In this document: positions 29,464 to 39,254 of the stretch, piece by piece | How the letters are laid out: each line of letters starts with the position of its first letter | How positions within the stretch are numbered: the stretch's first letter is position 1 | Sequence record: MK573636 | Source: Escherichia phage vB_EcoM_PHB13 | Strand: one strand, 5' to 3' | DNA: 64,000 bases | Translations under genes and position numbers: made by a program | Notes under the pieces: generated by a model | Database searches by the model: none | What the model saw: the letters and a program-made list of their open reading frames with translations, nothing else | What the model was told of the DNA's origin: nothing

Positions 29464-30219
29464 ATGAAACTGTTTGCTTTTAAATCTAACGAAGAATTGG
29501 CGCTGGTTGTTTTCCGTCTGAACTCTATCATGGCTGGTGCTTCACGTCGCAACAAAGACTTCTCTATGAGCTTAGTCACTGTGCGTAACATTTACCGACA
29601 GACTCATTGCGCCTATTCCGGTGAGGCTTTCGGTGAAGGTGATGATGGACTCTCCTTAGAGCGCATTGATTGCAATCTGGGATATGTTGATGGCAATGTA
29701 ATTCCGGTTAAACTGAAATACAATTCTTTCCGTGGCAATCACACTATCGAATCTCTTAAAGAGATCCAGGAACTAGGAACTAACGGTAAACTTTCTGATG
29801 ATGAAATTGCCCTACGTGCGAAGTACATCGAGTGGATCGAACTTAACGAGAATCGCATCAAAAATCAGGAAATGGCAATCGAAGAAAAGAAATTAGCAAT
29901 CGAGCGCCATAAAAAGCACAACGAACCGGAGAAAGCAGAGGCAGCCGAGCGAGCGATTAAAAATACTCTCTTCCGTATGGAAGAACGTTATCAGAAAATT
30001 GCAGATCTCAAGCAAGCCCTTAGCGAAATCAACAAGAAAGAAGAAAAACTTAAGGCTATTGCAAACAATACCGAAATCGTGCTAAAATATACCAGCGTTT
30101 TGATTGAATCTCTTTCTAAGTATGAGAACTTAACGCCAGCACAAAAAGAACGCGTGAAATACGGGCTTCCGATTGATGCGTCGTGGATTGAATTGATGAA
30201 AGCGAAGGTAGGTTTATAA
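29464..30219 (+). CDS. hypothetical protein (size and position compatible with T4 srd; not verified)
   Basis: ORF track, 251 aa. Confidence 0.4.
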   Translation: MKLFAFKSNEELALVVFRLNSIMAGASRRNKDFSMSLVTVRNIYRQTHCAYSGEAFGEGDDGLSLERIDCNLGYVDGNVIPVKLKYNSFRGNHTIESLKEIQELGTNGKLSDDEIALRAKYIEWIELNENRIKNQEMAIEEKKLAIERHKKHNEPEKAEAAERAIKNTLFRMEERYQKIADLKQALSEINKKEEKLKAIANNTEIVLKYTSVLIESLSKYENLTPAQKERVKYGLPIDASWIELMKAKVGL

Positions 30220-30533
30220 TGCATGTATTTGCTGTATGTTATCGTGATAAAGACGGATTCTTTCAATACTCAGTGGACGCGAAGGGTCGCGTCCTAACTT
30301 GCGAAACACATGATGCTGCGTTAGCGTCAATGTGTGATCAGATAGATTATTGTGAGAGTCTATTGGCGGGTGAACCGAAATACAAGGTTGTACCTAAACG
30401 AAAATTTGGCATAATCCGGTCTTCTGAAATTGTTCGGGATGGTATCGAATATAAAATTCCTGAATATGAAAAAGAACGGGTACGGCGAGAACTCAATACT
30501 ATCTGTGTTCGCAAGGTGAGGATTTTAGGATAA
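30219..30533 (+). CDS. hypothetical protein
   Basis: ORF track, 104 aa. Confidence 0.4.
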   Translation: MHVFAVCYRDKDGFFQYSVDAKGRVLTCETHDAALASMCDQIDYCESLLAGEPKYKVVPKRKFGIIRSSEIVRDGIEYKIPEYEKERVRRELNTICVRKVRILG

Positions 30534-31924
30534 TGAGCAGAGTATTAACTTTCGATATGTTAACAGACGGGCAAAAACATGCTTTTGATGTTCTAATGAA
30601 ACGCATTGAACAAAAGAAGCATACAACTGTCCGTGGTGCGGCGGGTACTGGTAAAACCGCAATGATGAAATTCATTGTTCAGGAAATGGTCCGTCGTGGT
30701 GTAACTGGTGTGGTTTTGGCAACGCCTACCCACCAGGCTAAAAAAGTTTTGAGTAAAGCGGTAGGTCGTCAAGCATTTACTTTACATGCTTTATTGCGTC
30801 TTAATCCGACCAACTATGAAGATACTCAAGTATTTGAACAAAAAGATACTCCTAAGCTAGATGATGTTCAGATCATCATTGTTGATGAAGCGAGTATGGT
30901 CGATAAGAAGTTATTTGATATTCTCATGAAGAGTATCAACGGTCGAATTGTTGTTATTGCAGTTGGCGATCCGCACCAGTTACGACCAGTTGATCCAAGC
31001 GGTGCAACGTCAATTTCTCCTTTCTTCACGGATGAAAATTTTCAAAACGTGGAGTTGACAGAAATTAAACGATCTAATGCACCGATCATTGATGTGGCGA
31101 CCGCTGTCCGTAACGGTAAATGGGTATTCGAAAAGCAGTGCGGTAACGAGGGTGTATTCCATAGCTCAACTCTGCCGGAGTTTATGAAGCATTATTTCGA
31201 AACCGTTAAAACGCCGGAAGACCTTCTAGAAAACCGTATTCTGGCTTACACTAACAAGAGCGTCGAAAAACTCAATGAAATTGTGCGTAAGCGCGTTTAT
31301 AACACCGATGAACCCGTGATTGTAGATGAAATTCTGGTTACTCAGGAACCGTTGATCGAATATCTGCGAGATGAACGCGGGAAGAAAATTCCCAATGTTA
31401 TTTTTAACAATGGTGAGATGATCCGGGTTAAAGAGGTTATACCGCGTGAATTTACATTACGTTGCACGGGGGTAGATCCGCAACCAGTTTTAGGCTATAC
31501 TCTGAAAGTGGAAAGCGTCGATGATGACGAAGACAAAGAAATCCTAAATCAGAAAGTCGGTTTAGATGCAGTCGGAATCACTACAGATAAACCAGATTTA
31601 GTAGAAATCAACATTCTGACAGAACAACGTCAGAAGAACATTTTCTCTATCTATCTGAATACGGTCGCCGGACAATATCGCGAAATGAAGAAAGAGAATC
31701 CAAAATTTAAACCAGATTGGGATTCCTTCTGGACGATGAAACGTATGTTCTTGAATGTAAAAGCATTACCAGCTTGCACCATTCATAAGTCACAAGGGAT
31801 CAGCGTAGACCGCGTGTTCCTGTATACTCCTTGTATGTGTACAGACAATGTTGACTTTGAATTGGCAATGCAGTTATTATATGTGGGTGTTACCCGTGCG
31901 CGGTATCGAGTAGACTATATTTGA
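30533..31924 (+). CDS. dda: SF1 DNA helicase Dda
   Basis: Walker A GAAGTGKT, IIVDEASM, LYVGVTRAR; strong similarity to T4 Dda. Confidence 0.9.
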   Translation: MSRVLTFDMLTDGQKHAFDVLMKRIEQKKHTTVRGAAGTGKTAMMKFIVQEMVRRGVTGVVLATPTHQAKKVLSKAVGRQAFTLHALLRLNPTNYEDTQVFEQKDTPKLDDVQIIIVDEASMVDKKLFDILMKSINGRIVVIAVGDPHQLRPVDPSGATSISPFFTDENFQNVELTEIKRSNAPIIDVATAVRNGKWVFEKQCGNEGVFHSSTLPEFMKHYFETVKTPEDLLENRILAYTNKSVEKLNEIVRKRVYNTDEPVIVDEILVTQEPLIEYLRDERGKKIPNVIFNNGEMIRVKEVIPREFTLRCTGVDPQPVLGYTLKVESVDDDEDKEILNQKVGLDAVGITTDKPDLVEINILTEQRQKNIFSIYLNTVAGQYREMKKENPKFKPDWDSFWTMKRMFLNVKALPACTIHKSQGISVDRVFLYTPCMCTDNVDFELAMQLLYVGVTRARYRVDYI

Positions 31925-31934
31925 GGAAATTATT

Positions 31935-32090
31935 ATGATTATGCGAAGTATCCCAGAATTTAATGATGTGACGGTAAGCCGTCACAATGGAACTGTTACC
32001 ATGTGCTTTAGATGGGGTCTATACGGCTGGAACGTGTCCGGCGATAGTGAAGCTGAATGTATCAATAAAAATGCCAGAACATTCCACTAA
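31935..32090 (+). CDS. hypothetical small protein (51 aa)
   Basis: not in track. Confidence 0.2.
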   Translation: MIMRSIPEFNDVTVSRHNGTVTMCFRWGLYGWNVSGDSEAECINKNARTFH

Positions 32091-32104
32091 GCGAGGTTTT
32101 TGAT

Positions 32105-32347
32105 ATGGTTGTTATTAATGATATGGCTAATGTAATACATCTACAATCAATTGTCGCGTGGAACCGTCAAAAGATTCATTGTGACTATGCACAACATGTA
32201 ATGAATTTTAACAACAAAGTACGCGCATACATGGCAACGGACCGACTGTTAACCGATAATTACGGTAAAGGAATTATTGATTGTAGCGGTTTCATTCTTG
32301 ATAAAAATGATCTGGAGTTATTCCGGCACATCGCGGAGGATATTTAA
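32105..32347 (+). CDS. hypothetical protein
   Basis: ORF track, 80 aa. Confidence 0.35.
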   Translation: MVVINDMANVIHLQSIVAWNRQKIHCDYAQHVMNFNNKVRAYMATDRLLTDNYGKGIIDCSGFILDKNDLELFRHIAEDI

Positions 32348-32348
32348 A

Positions 32349-33017
32349 ATGCTTCCAGTGGATTTAATGATTGACTTTGAAAGTTTAGGTTATCCGCCTG
32401 ATGGGGCGGTTATCAATATGGCGGCAATCGGATTTAAAGAAGATCCGCACAATCCACCTACATTTAAAGAACTGGTTGACAATTCCTTTCTGGTAAAATT
32501 TGATATTCCTTCCCAGAAAGGTGTAAGAGTGTTTGATCATGGTGTGGTTGAATGGTGGAAGAATACCGCCTCAGAAGGCATGAGAAAGCAATTAATCACA
32601 AATGGTACGGAAGTATCAACTAAAGAAGGTTTAGCGCGTTTTAACGCATTCTGTGAAGCCGTAGGAGTAGATCCGGTTAAATCCGTAATGTGGTCACGCG
32701 GTAATGCGTTTGATATTCCGTTACTAGTTGATATGATCCGCCGTGCACACAATACACGAGAGACGTTCAGTCTTGAACCTGTGCGATTCTGGAATATCCG
32801 AGATGTTCGCACCGCCATTGAGCGTACATTGATGCATCGCGGGATGTGTGAGTGTCCGTTACCAATGGGTACGCTAGATGGTTTTATCGCACATGATGCG
32901 ATTCATGATTGCGCTCGCGATATTCTTATGCTAATCTATGCACAACGTTATGCTATGGGTCTGGAAGACCTGCCAGAAAATCCAGATCCAAATTCAGTTA
33001 AGAAACAAAGGGGATAA
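32349..33017 (+). CDS. dexA: exonuclease A (DEDD-type 3'-5' exonuclease)
   Basis: strong similarity to T4 DexA (IDFE, PLPMGTLDGFIAHDAIHDCARDIL); start at internal ATG of track ORF 32277..33017. Confidence 0.8.
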   Translation: MLPVDLMIDFESLGYPPDGAVINMAAIGFKEDPHNPPTFKELVDNSFLVKFDIPSQKGVRVFDHGVVEWWKNTASEGMRKQLITNGTEVSTKEGLARFNAFCEAVGVDPVKSVMWSRGNAFDIPLLVDMIRRAHNTRETFSLEPVRFWNIRDVRTAIERTLMHRGMCECPLPMGTLDGFIAHDAIHDCARDILMLIYAQRYAMGLEDLPENPDPNSVKKQRG

Positions 33018-33018
33018 T

Positions 33019-33192
33019 ATGCCATTATATGATTATTCTTGTGAAGAACACGGTCAATTTCAGAAAATCCGCAAAATTTCAGAGCGTGAAAAAGCGGAAT
33101 GTCCTGAATGTGGTAAAGAATGCAAACAGGGATTAACTGCCCCGCGCGGGATTAATGGCGGGTACTATGATAAAAATGTGCGCGTGTCATGA
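33019..33192 (+). CDS. small zinc-ribbon protein (FmdB-like: YDYSCEEHG...CPECG)
   Basis: in-frame ATG within track ORF 32938..33192. Confidence 0.35.
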   Translation: MPLYDYSCEEHGQFQKIRKISEREKAECPECGKECKQGLTAPRGINGGYYDKNVRVS

Positions 33193-33280
33193 GTCATATA
33201 CTTGACAATCACTCAATTTTTAATATGATTGTTGCAGCCGTCTTTGTGGCGGTTGCAGTAAGTTATGGTTATGTTATGTA

Positions 33281-34024
33281 TTGGAGAGAGAAAAAGTGAA
33301 CATCAAAAAGTTTATTGTTGATGTTCTGGAGGCGAAAAGCGGAAATAGACTAAACTCAAATCTTTTTAAAGAAAATAAAATTCCAGAAATGGAAAAATTG
33401 TATCCTGCGGAATTTCAGATTATAAGGAATGAGTTTAAGTTCTGTAATGGAGGTCTCAGAAATCAACAACCATATAACGAGGCTGTTTATAGATTGCGCC
33501 ACGGAATAACAGGAATAGTTAAATGTGCAAGATGCCCAAATCCCGTAAATTATCATACATACTCTAGAGGCTATCATAAATTTTGCTGTTCTCGTTGCGC
33601 ATCGTTGGACCAGGCACAAAACATAAAGATTGAACGAGAATGCGCTAAATGTGGTAAACCATTTGTTGCAATAAACGCATCTCAAAAGTATTGTTCTGAT
33701 GCGTGTCGATTGTTTGAGAAGCGAGAGCGAGAACTAGATAGGCCATATCATCATGCAGAAAATGGTATAAAAATATCAAAAAGAGAAGCGTTGGAAATTT
33801 TAGGTAGAGTTGACAATTGCGAGATATGCGGTGTAAAATTCATAAATGAACGATGCGGCGAGAGAAAACGCCAAAAGTGGAAACATCTTGACCATAATCA
33901 TAAGACTGGTAAGATAAGAGGTGTTCTTTGTGGAAAATGTAATGCCGGATTAGGAATGTTCAAAGACGATCCTCAAATATTATATGCGGCATTGGAATAC
34001 CTGAAACGAACTGACGGAGAATGA
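33281..34024 (+). CDS. HNH / endonuclease VII-family nuclease with Cys-rich zinc fingers (probable homing endonuclease)
   Basis: C-terminal motif LDHNHKTGKIRGVLCGKCNAGLG; AT-rich relative to flanks. Confidence 0.6.
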   Translation: MEREKVNIKKFIVDVLEAKSGNRLNSNLFKENKIPEMEKLYPAEFQIIRNEFKFCNGGLRNQQPYNEAVYRLRHGITGIVKCARCPNPVNYHTYSRGYHKFCCSRCASLDQAQNIKIERECAKCGKPFVAINASQKYCSDACRLFEKRERELDRPYHHAENGIKISKREALEILGRVDNCEICGVKFINERCGERKRQKWKHLDHNHKTGKIRGVLCGKCNAGLGMFKDDPQILYAALEYLKRTDGE

Positions 34025-34030
34025 TATAAT

Positions 34031-35854
34031 ATGTCTGAATTTTTGCTGTTAGATGATCGCGCTCACTGTCTTAAGAGACCTTCAATGTACATCGGGTCAA
34101 CTACTTATGAATCACATAATCGTTTCCTATTTGGAAAATGGACCAAAGTTTCATACGTTCCCGGTCTAGTTAAAATTATTGATGAAATTATCGACAACTC
34201 TGTAGACGAGGCGATCCGCACTAATTTTGAGTACGCTAATGTTATTAGTGTGGATATAAAAGATAACATTGTGTCAGTAACAGATAATGGTCGCGGTATT
34301 CCGCAACATATTGTTACGACGCCAGAAGGGAAACAGATTCCACAACCAGTTGCTGCATGGACACGAGCTAAAGCAGGGTCTAACTTTGATGATACAAATC
34401 GTGTTACTATGGGTATGAATGGGATCGGAAGCGCGCTCACATCATTTTTCTCGTCCTGGTTTACTGGTGTGACGTGTGACGGAGAGAATGAACTGACCGT
34501 TCAATGTACCAATGGTGCAGAAAATATTAGCTGGTCATCCAAGCCGTCAAAACTGAAAGGAACTAAGGTTACGTTCTGCCCCGATTTCGATCATTTTGAA
34601 GGTATGATCATGTCACAAGAAATTTCAGATGTGATTTGCGACCGAATGTATTCATTGAGTGTAATCTTTCCTAAGATCACGTTTAAATTTAACGGCAAAA
34701 AGATAACCAGCAAGTTCAAGGATTATGCTAAACTATACAATGATGATCCGTTTGTCATCGAGGATAAAAACTTCTCACTTGCCCTAGTTCCTGCGGTCGA
34801 GGGAGAAGGTTTTAAATCAGTATCCTTTGCTAATGGTCTGTTTACCAAAAACGGGGGAACACACGTAGACTACGTGACAGATGATCTTTGTGAAGAGATT
34901 GTAAAACGAATCAAGAAAGAATATAAGGTTGATGTTACTAAAGCTGCGGTTAAGTCTGGATTGACCTGTATTCTTATTGTTCGTGAATTGCCAAACCTCC
35001 GTTTTGATTCACAGACAAAAGAACGATTGACTAATCCAACTGGTGATATCAAGCGTCATATTGATCTTGATTTTAAAAAGCTGGCTAAAGTCATTGCGAA
35101 GAAAGAAAACATTATCATGCCTATTATTGCTGTAGTCCTGGCACGCAAAGAGGCAGCAGATAAAGCGGCAGCGACTAAGGCAGCAAAGGCAGCAAAACGG
35201 GCTAAGGTAGCAAAACACGTTAAAGCTAACCTTATTGGAACTGACGCAGAAACTACCCTGTTTTTGACGGAAGGTGATTCCGCGATCAACTATCTGATCT
35301 CTGTACGTGATCAAGATTTACATGGCGGTTTCCCATTGCGAGGTAAAACTCTTACAACATGGGAACAACCGGAGGCAAAGATCGTTAAGAACGCCGAAAT
35401 TTTTAACATCATGGCTATCACTGGTTTGCAATTTGGTGTTGATGCATTGGAAGTTATGCAATACAAAAATATTGCGATTATGACTGACGCGGATACCGAC
35501 GGGATCGGGTCTATTAAACCTAGTCTGATCTCCTTCTTTGCACGTTGGCCTGAATTGTTCGAAGATGGACGAATCCGGTTTATCAAAACGCCTATTATCA
35601 TTGCTGAACCAAAGAAAGGTGATGATGTTCGATGGTATTATGACCTAGAAGATTTCGAGAACGACCGAGATAATATCAAAGGTTACAACATTCGATATAT
35701 CAAAGGTTTAGCATCGCTCACAGAATCAGACTATCATCGCGTGATCAACGATCCTGTCATGGAGATCATCACGTTACCGGAAAACTATAAAGAGCTATTC
35801 GATTTGCTCTATAGTGAAGATGCAGATCAGCGCAAAATTTGGATGCAATCATAA
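34031..35854 (+). CDS. 39: DNA topoisomerase II large subunit, contiguous gp39+gp60-equivalent (GHKL ATPase plus Toprim)
   Basis: DNSVDEA, DNGRGIP, TEGDSA, IMTDADTDG; 607 aa covers T4 gp39 and gp60 regions. Confidence 0.85.
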   Translation: MSEFLLLDDRAHCLKRPSMYIGSTTYESHNRFLFGKWTKVSYVPGLVKIIDEIIDNSVDEAIRTNFEYANVISVDIKDNIVSVTDNGRGIPQHIVTTPEGKQIPQPVAAWTRAKAGSNFDDTNRVTMGMNGIGSALTSFFSSWFTGVTCDGENELTVQCTNGAENISWSSKPSKLKGTKVTFCPDFDHFEGMIMSQEISDVICDRMYSLSVIFPKITFKFNGKKITSKFKDYAKLYNDDPFVIEDKNFSLALVPAVEGEGFKSVSFANGLFTKNGGTHVDYVTDDLCEEIVKRIKKEYKVDVTKAAVKSGLTCILIVRELPNLRFDSQTKERLTNPTGDIKRHIDLDFKKLAKVIAKKENIIMPIIAVVLARKEAADKAAATKAAKAAKRAKVAKHVKANLIGTDAETTLFLTEGDSAINYLISVRDQDLHGGFPLRGKTLTTWEQPEAKIVKNAEIFNIMAITGLQFGVDALEVMQYKNIAIMTDADTDGIGSIKPSLISFFARWPELFEDGRIRFIKTPIIIAEPKKGDDVRWYYDLEDFENDRDNIKGYNIRYIKGLASLTESDYHRVINDPVMEIITLPENYKELFDLLYSEDADQRKIWMQS

Positions 35855-35856
35855 CA

Positions 35857-35895
35857 CTTGACATACAAGGGAGATTCTCTATAATGGGAGTCTCC
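35857..35895 (+). promoter_or_regulatory. early promoter TTGACA / TATAAT inside inverted repeat AGGGAGA...TCTCCCT, followed by T-run
   Basis: read directly. Confidence 0.45.
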
Positions 35896-35919
35896 CTTTT
35901 CTTTTATGAGGATTTAATA

Positions 35920-36219
35920 ATGAGCAAAAAGAATAACATGATGATGAGTATGGCAAAGTTCATGGAAGCAGACCTGATCAAAAATACAGTACAGCATGAA
36001 CGCCAGCGCGAAGCCGCAGTGATTGCAGAACAAGGTTTTCAGGTTATCCACAATCCACCTAAAGACACGGTTAAATCGAAATACAGAGACGATCTGAAAG
36101 ACCATGAAGTACGGGAACTGGTTAATGATCTGCGTGACATTGCCATCAAATATCATGGTTATCAGTGCTTACGAGAACTGATCGCAGAGCGAGTAATGGA
36201 TGCATTGAAAAAAGATTAA
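35920..36219 (+). CDS. hypothetical protein
   Basis: in-frame ATG within track ORF 35839..36219. Confidence 0.4.
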   Translation: MSKKNNMMMSMAKFMEADLIKNTVQHERQREAAVIAEQGFQVIHNPPKDTVKSKYRDDLKDHEVRELVNDLRDIAIKYHGYQCLRELIAERVMDALKKD

Positions 36220-36226
36220 AAATCTG

Positions 36227-36262
36227 TTGACACTGGATCGGGGATATATCATAATGTCCCCA
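36227..36262 (+). promoter_or_regulatory. early promoter TTGACA ... CATAAT with short GGGGA / TCCCC inverted repeat
   Basis: read directly. Confidence 0.4.
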
Positions 36263-36276
36263 TCGAAAACAAAAGG

Positions 36277-36480
36277 TTGACTTATATGAAACCGTTTAAG
36301 AATGAAGAAACTCAAAAATTTTGTGAAAAAATTGCAGAAATCTACTTGACAGGGAATAAGGAAAAAGCTAATATTATGTTCAAAGAGTCGGTTTCCATGA
36401 TGAAAGTAGCACGCTGGGAACTGATCGCAATGCAAGACCAAATTCGTTATCTAGTAACAAAGGAGAATCAAAATGCGTAA
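36277..36480 (+). CDS. hypothetical protein
   Basis: ORF track, 67 aa. Confidence 0.35.
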   Translation: MTYMKPFKNEETQKFCEKIAEIYLTGNKEKANIMFKESVSMMKVARWELIAMQDQIRYLVTKENQNA

Positions 36481-36667
36481 CCATTACATCGAACTGGCAA
36501 GCCGTAAAGTTTCCGATCTGAAAGGCGTAATTGCTTACTATGAAGAAGTCTTGAAAAACGAAATAGCTGATTGGGAACGTAAAGAATACAGCAAGTGCTT
36601 AGAGAAAAGCCGCGCTGAACTGGTTGACGCAGAAGCCCATCTGCAATGGGTGATTGAAAATGTATAA
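36473..36667 (+). CDS. hypothetical protein
   Basis: ORF track, 64 aa. Confidence 0.35.
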   Translation: MRNHYIELASRKVSDLKGVIAYYEEVLKNEIADWERKEYSKCLEKSRAELVDAEAHLQWVIENV

Positions 36668-36677
36668 GGAGTAGAAA

Positions 36678-36935
36678 ATGAGTCGAAGTTTTGATTTTCT
36701 GATCGCCAAGTGTCATCGAGAAAAGAAATCGATGGACCTGTTTATGGAGTGTTTGAGGTATGAATATGCGCATCTTCATAAACACAAAATTGATCCGCAA
36801 GTTTCCTACGAAAACATCAAGAAATATGCGAAAGAAGTGATTGACAACGATTGCACCGTGACATATAATGCGTTTATTGATTTATGGGCGTGGGATGTAA
36901 TCTACGCAGAGATGGACAAAGAAGATTTTAATTAA
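36678..36935 (+). CDS. hypothetical protein
   Basis: ORF track, 85 aa. Confidence 0.4.
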   Translation: MSRSFDFLIAKCHREKKSMDLFMECLRYEYAHLHKHKIDPQVSYENIKKYAKEVIDNDCTVTYNAFIDLWAWDVIYAEMDKEDFN

Positions 36936-36949
36936 GTGAGGATTATATT

Positions 36950-39058
36950 ATGAAAATGCATATTGATAATGAAGAAGTATTTGGCAGTGACTTGAGCGGT
37001 GCGGTTGATTTTTCACTGAAAGCAAGTAGCAAGGCTTTTATGGTGCTTTCTAAGAACACTTATCAATATTGTGAGCGTGCTTGCGTCCGTGAGTATTCGT
37101 GCAATGCTACCGACACTCACAAAGAAGCCGGAACCTTAGATCGTCCGTTTGATATTCATTTACCGACTGCAATCGAACCGTATTTTTCTGTGCGTGATTA
37201 TGGTACTGGTATTCCGTCTAAGAAAGAATTAGAACAACTGTTTACGGTTTACTTTGAATCAACAAAAGACCAGACTAATGACTATATCGGGTCTTTTGGT
37301 TTGGGTGCGAAGTCTGCTTATAGCTATACCGACACCTTTACAATCGTAAACTATTACAATGGTCGCGCTTATGGCTTTACGGCATTTGTGCAAAACTCTA
37401 TGCCGAAAATGGTGCAGATTTTCGACGAACCGACCTATGAAGACAATGGTCTGAAAATCACTATTCCGGTGAAAGAAAAAGATATTAAAACATGGCATCG
37501 AGAAGCACAATTTGTACTGCGTCATTTTGGGGAACATAAACCGAATATCAACGCAATCGAAATTAACTATTTCCCTAGCTTTGATAATTATTATGTGTGT
37601 AATGGGCGTGATAACGATTCCTACGTGGTATATGCAATCATGGGTAAGATCCAGTATCCAATCCCGTATGAATATATTCGCGGAACATGGTTAGAAGCTG
37701 TAAACCGCCAGCACCAGACCATTTACATTAATTTTGAGTTGGGTGATCTGGACCTGATGCCATCGCGTGAAGAAGTTCACTTGTCAATTGAGACTAAAGC
37801 GAACATCGAAAAACGTATTGCAGAAATCAATGAAATGATGTTGGAAAAGGTTAAAGAAAAGATCGCCAGCATTGAAACAGAGCGTAAACTTGCTCAATTT
37901 ATGAGCGAGTATTCATCGACTCAACGCAATATTATTGGCAAGATGGGTAAGATCGGACAATGGGATGATCCGGTAGCAATCTATAATAAGTTTGTGAATG
38001 CTGGCAAAGATTCACCCAATGACGTAGAAGGACAGGTGTATACTCTGTATCATACTCGTCACACAATCAGTAAATTGCGCCCTGCTTTCGTTAGCAGTCA
38101 ATACAACATTACGCATTTTGTATGGATGCATAAAGAAGATATTACGTGTCTTATTGATGATACCGATAAACCGAAACTGCGTGCACTGACTCTTAACGGC
38201 ATGGTCCAGGAATACGGCATCAATAAAAAGGTGCTGGTGTTCCGTCAGAACAACGAAAAACATATGGAGACTTTCGAGTACATCAAACAGTATTATGATG
38301 ATTCTGAAATGACCGTGATTAAGGTATCAGAGGCCGATGATCTTCGTGCTAAAGCAATTAAGCCGGAGAAGACCGAGCGTACACAACGTGAATCAACTCC
38401 TAAGCTGCCTAACGTGTATATCATGGAAAAGATTGGTGACAGTTGGCATAAAACCAGCCATCATATGAAAGCGGCAGAGATTCGCGAGTTATCAGGCTTG
38501 CACATGTTCCGCGTGGGTGATGCATTCGAAAGCCGTAGCCGTCAATCGATCTATAATGAAAATACATTACACACGGCGCTTGACTACTTCGGGGTAACAA
38601 AGTATATTATTACCCGTAACGAGACACAAAAATATCTCGTTGACGAACAATTGGAATGTGCGCTAGAATTTGTTCGCGGTAAGCTGGCTGGTCTGGCTAA
38701 GAAGGTTAAGACCAATCATCTGGGGTATGGCGAATATCTGGGTGTGATCACTATGTTGTTTCATGACGATGAACTAGAACGCTGTGTTCCAGAATTTATT
38801 GACAGACTGTACGGTCGTCATTATAATAAAGAGGTTTCCAAGTTACTCCTTCGTACTCGTTGGATTATGGACGAAGAAACTAAAAAGATCTGTGATGAAA
38901 AATTCACGGCAGCAAACGAACGAATTAAAGCAGTTTGTGCGAAGTTTAAAGAGAATAGCCCGTTACTGTATGATATTGTAGATAACTGGTATCGTATTCT
39001 GCATAACGACAAACGCGCACAAGACTTTATGAAACTGGTTAAGAATGTTAAATTTTAA
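36950..39058 (+). CDS. rIIA: rIIA protein (GHKL ATPase-like N-terminus)
   Basis: 702 aa, motif DYGTGIP / GSFGLGAKSAY; synteny 39-rIIA-rIIB. Confidence 0.8.
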   Translation: MKMHIDNEEVFGSDLSGAVDFSLKASSKAFMVLSKNTYQYCERACVREYSCNATDTHKEAGTLDRPFDIHLPTAIEPYFSVRDYGTGIPSKKELEQLFTVYFESTKDQTNDYIGSFGLGAKSAYSYTDTFTIVNYYNGRAYGFTAFVQNSMPKMVQIFDEPTYEDNGLKITIPVKEKDIKTWHREAQFVLRHFGEHKPNINAIEINYFPSFDNYYVCNGRDNDSYVVYAIMGKIQYPIPYEYIRGTWLEAVNRQHQTIYINFELGDLDLMPSREEVHLSIETKANIEKRIAEINEMMLEKVKEKIASIETERKLAQFMSEYSSTQRNIIGKMGKIGQWDDPVAIYNKFVNAGKDSPNDVEGQVYTLYHTRHTISKLRPAFVSSQYNITHFVWMHKEDITCLIDDTDKPKLRALTLNGMVQEYGINKKVLVFRQNNEKHMETFEYIKQYYDDSEMTVIKVSEADDLRAKAIKPEKTERTQRESTPKLPNVYIMEKIGDSWHKTSHHMKAAEIRELSGLHMFRVGDAFESRSRQSIYNENTLHTALDYFGVTKYIITRNETQKYLVDEQLECALEFVRGKLAGLAKKVKTNHLGYGEYLGVITMLFHDDELERCVPEFIDRLYGRHYNKEVSKLLLRTRWIMDEETKKICDEKFTAANERIKAVCAKFKENSPLLYDIVDNWYRILHNDKRAQDFMKLVKNVKF

Positions 39059-39069
39059 GAGGTGATATT

Positions 39070-39201
39070 ATGACTAAACTGACCGCTATCCAGAAAGAAA
39101 CCATCCGTAAACAATACGCTCGCGGCTTGACTAAAGGCGAACTGGCACGAATCTATAATGTATCAGACCGCACAATCCGCAAGGTTGTAGAAGCAAAATA
39201 A
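39070..39201 (+). CDS. small helix-turn-helix protein (43 aa; ...GELARIYNVSDRTIRKV)
   Basis: not in track; SD AGGTGATATT then ATG. Confidence 0.3.
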   Translation: MTKLTAIQKETIRKQYARGLTKGELARIYNVSDRTIRKVVEAK

Positions 39202-39254
39202 TTCTGGTATAATGATGTGAATCGGGCGGCGATAGTCGCCCAACTAATAGAGGA

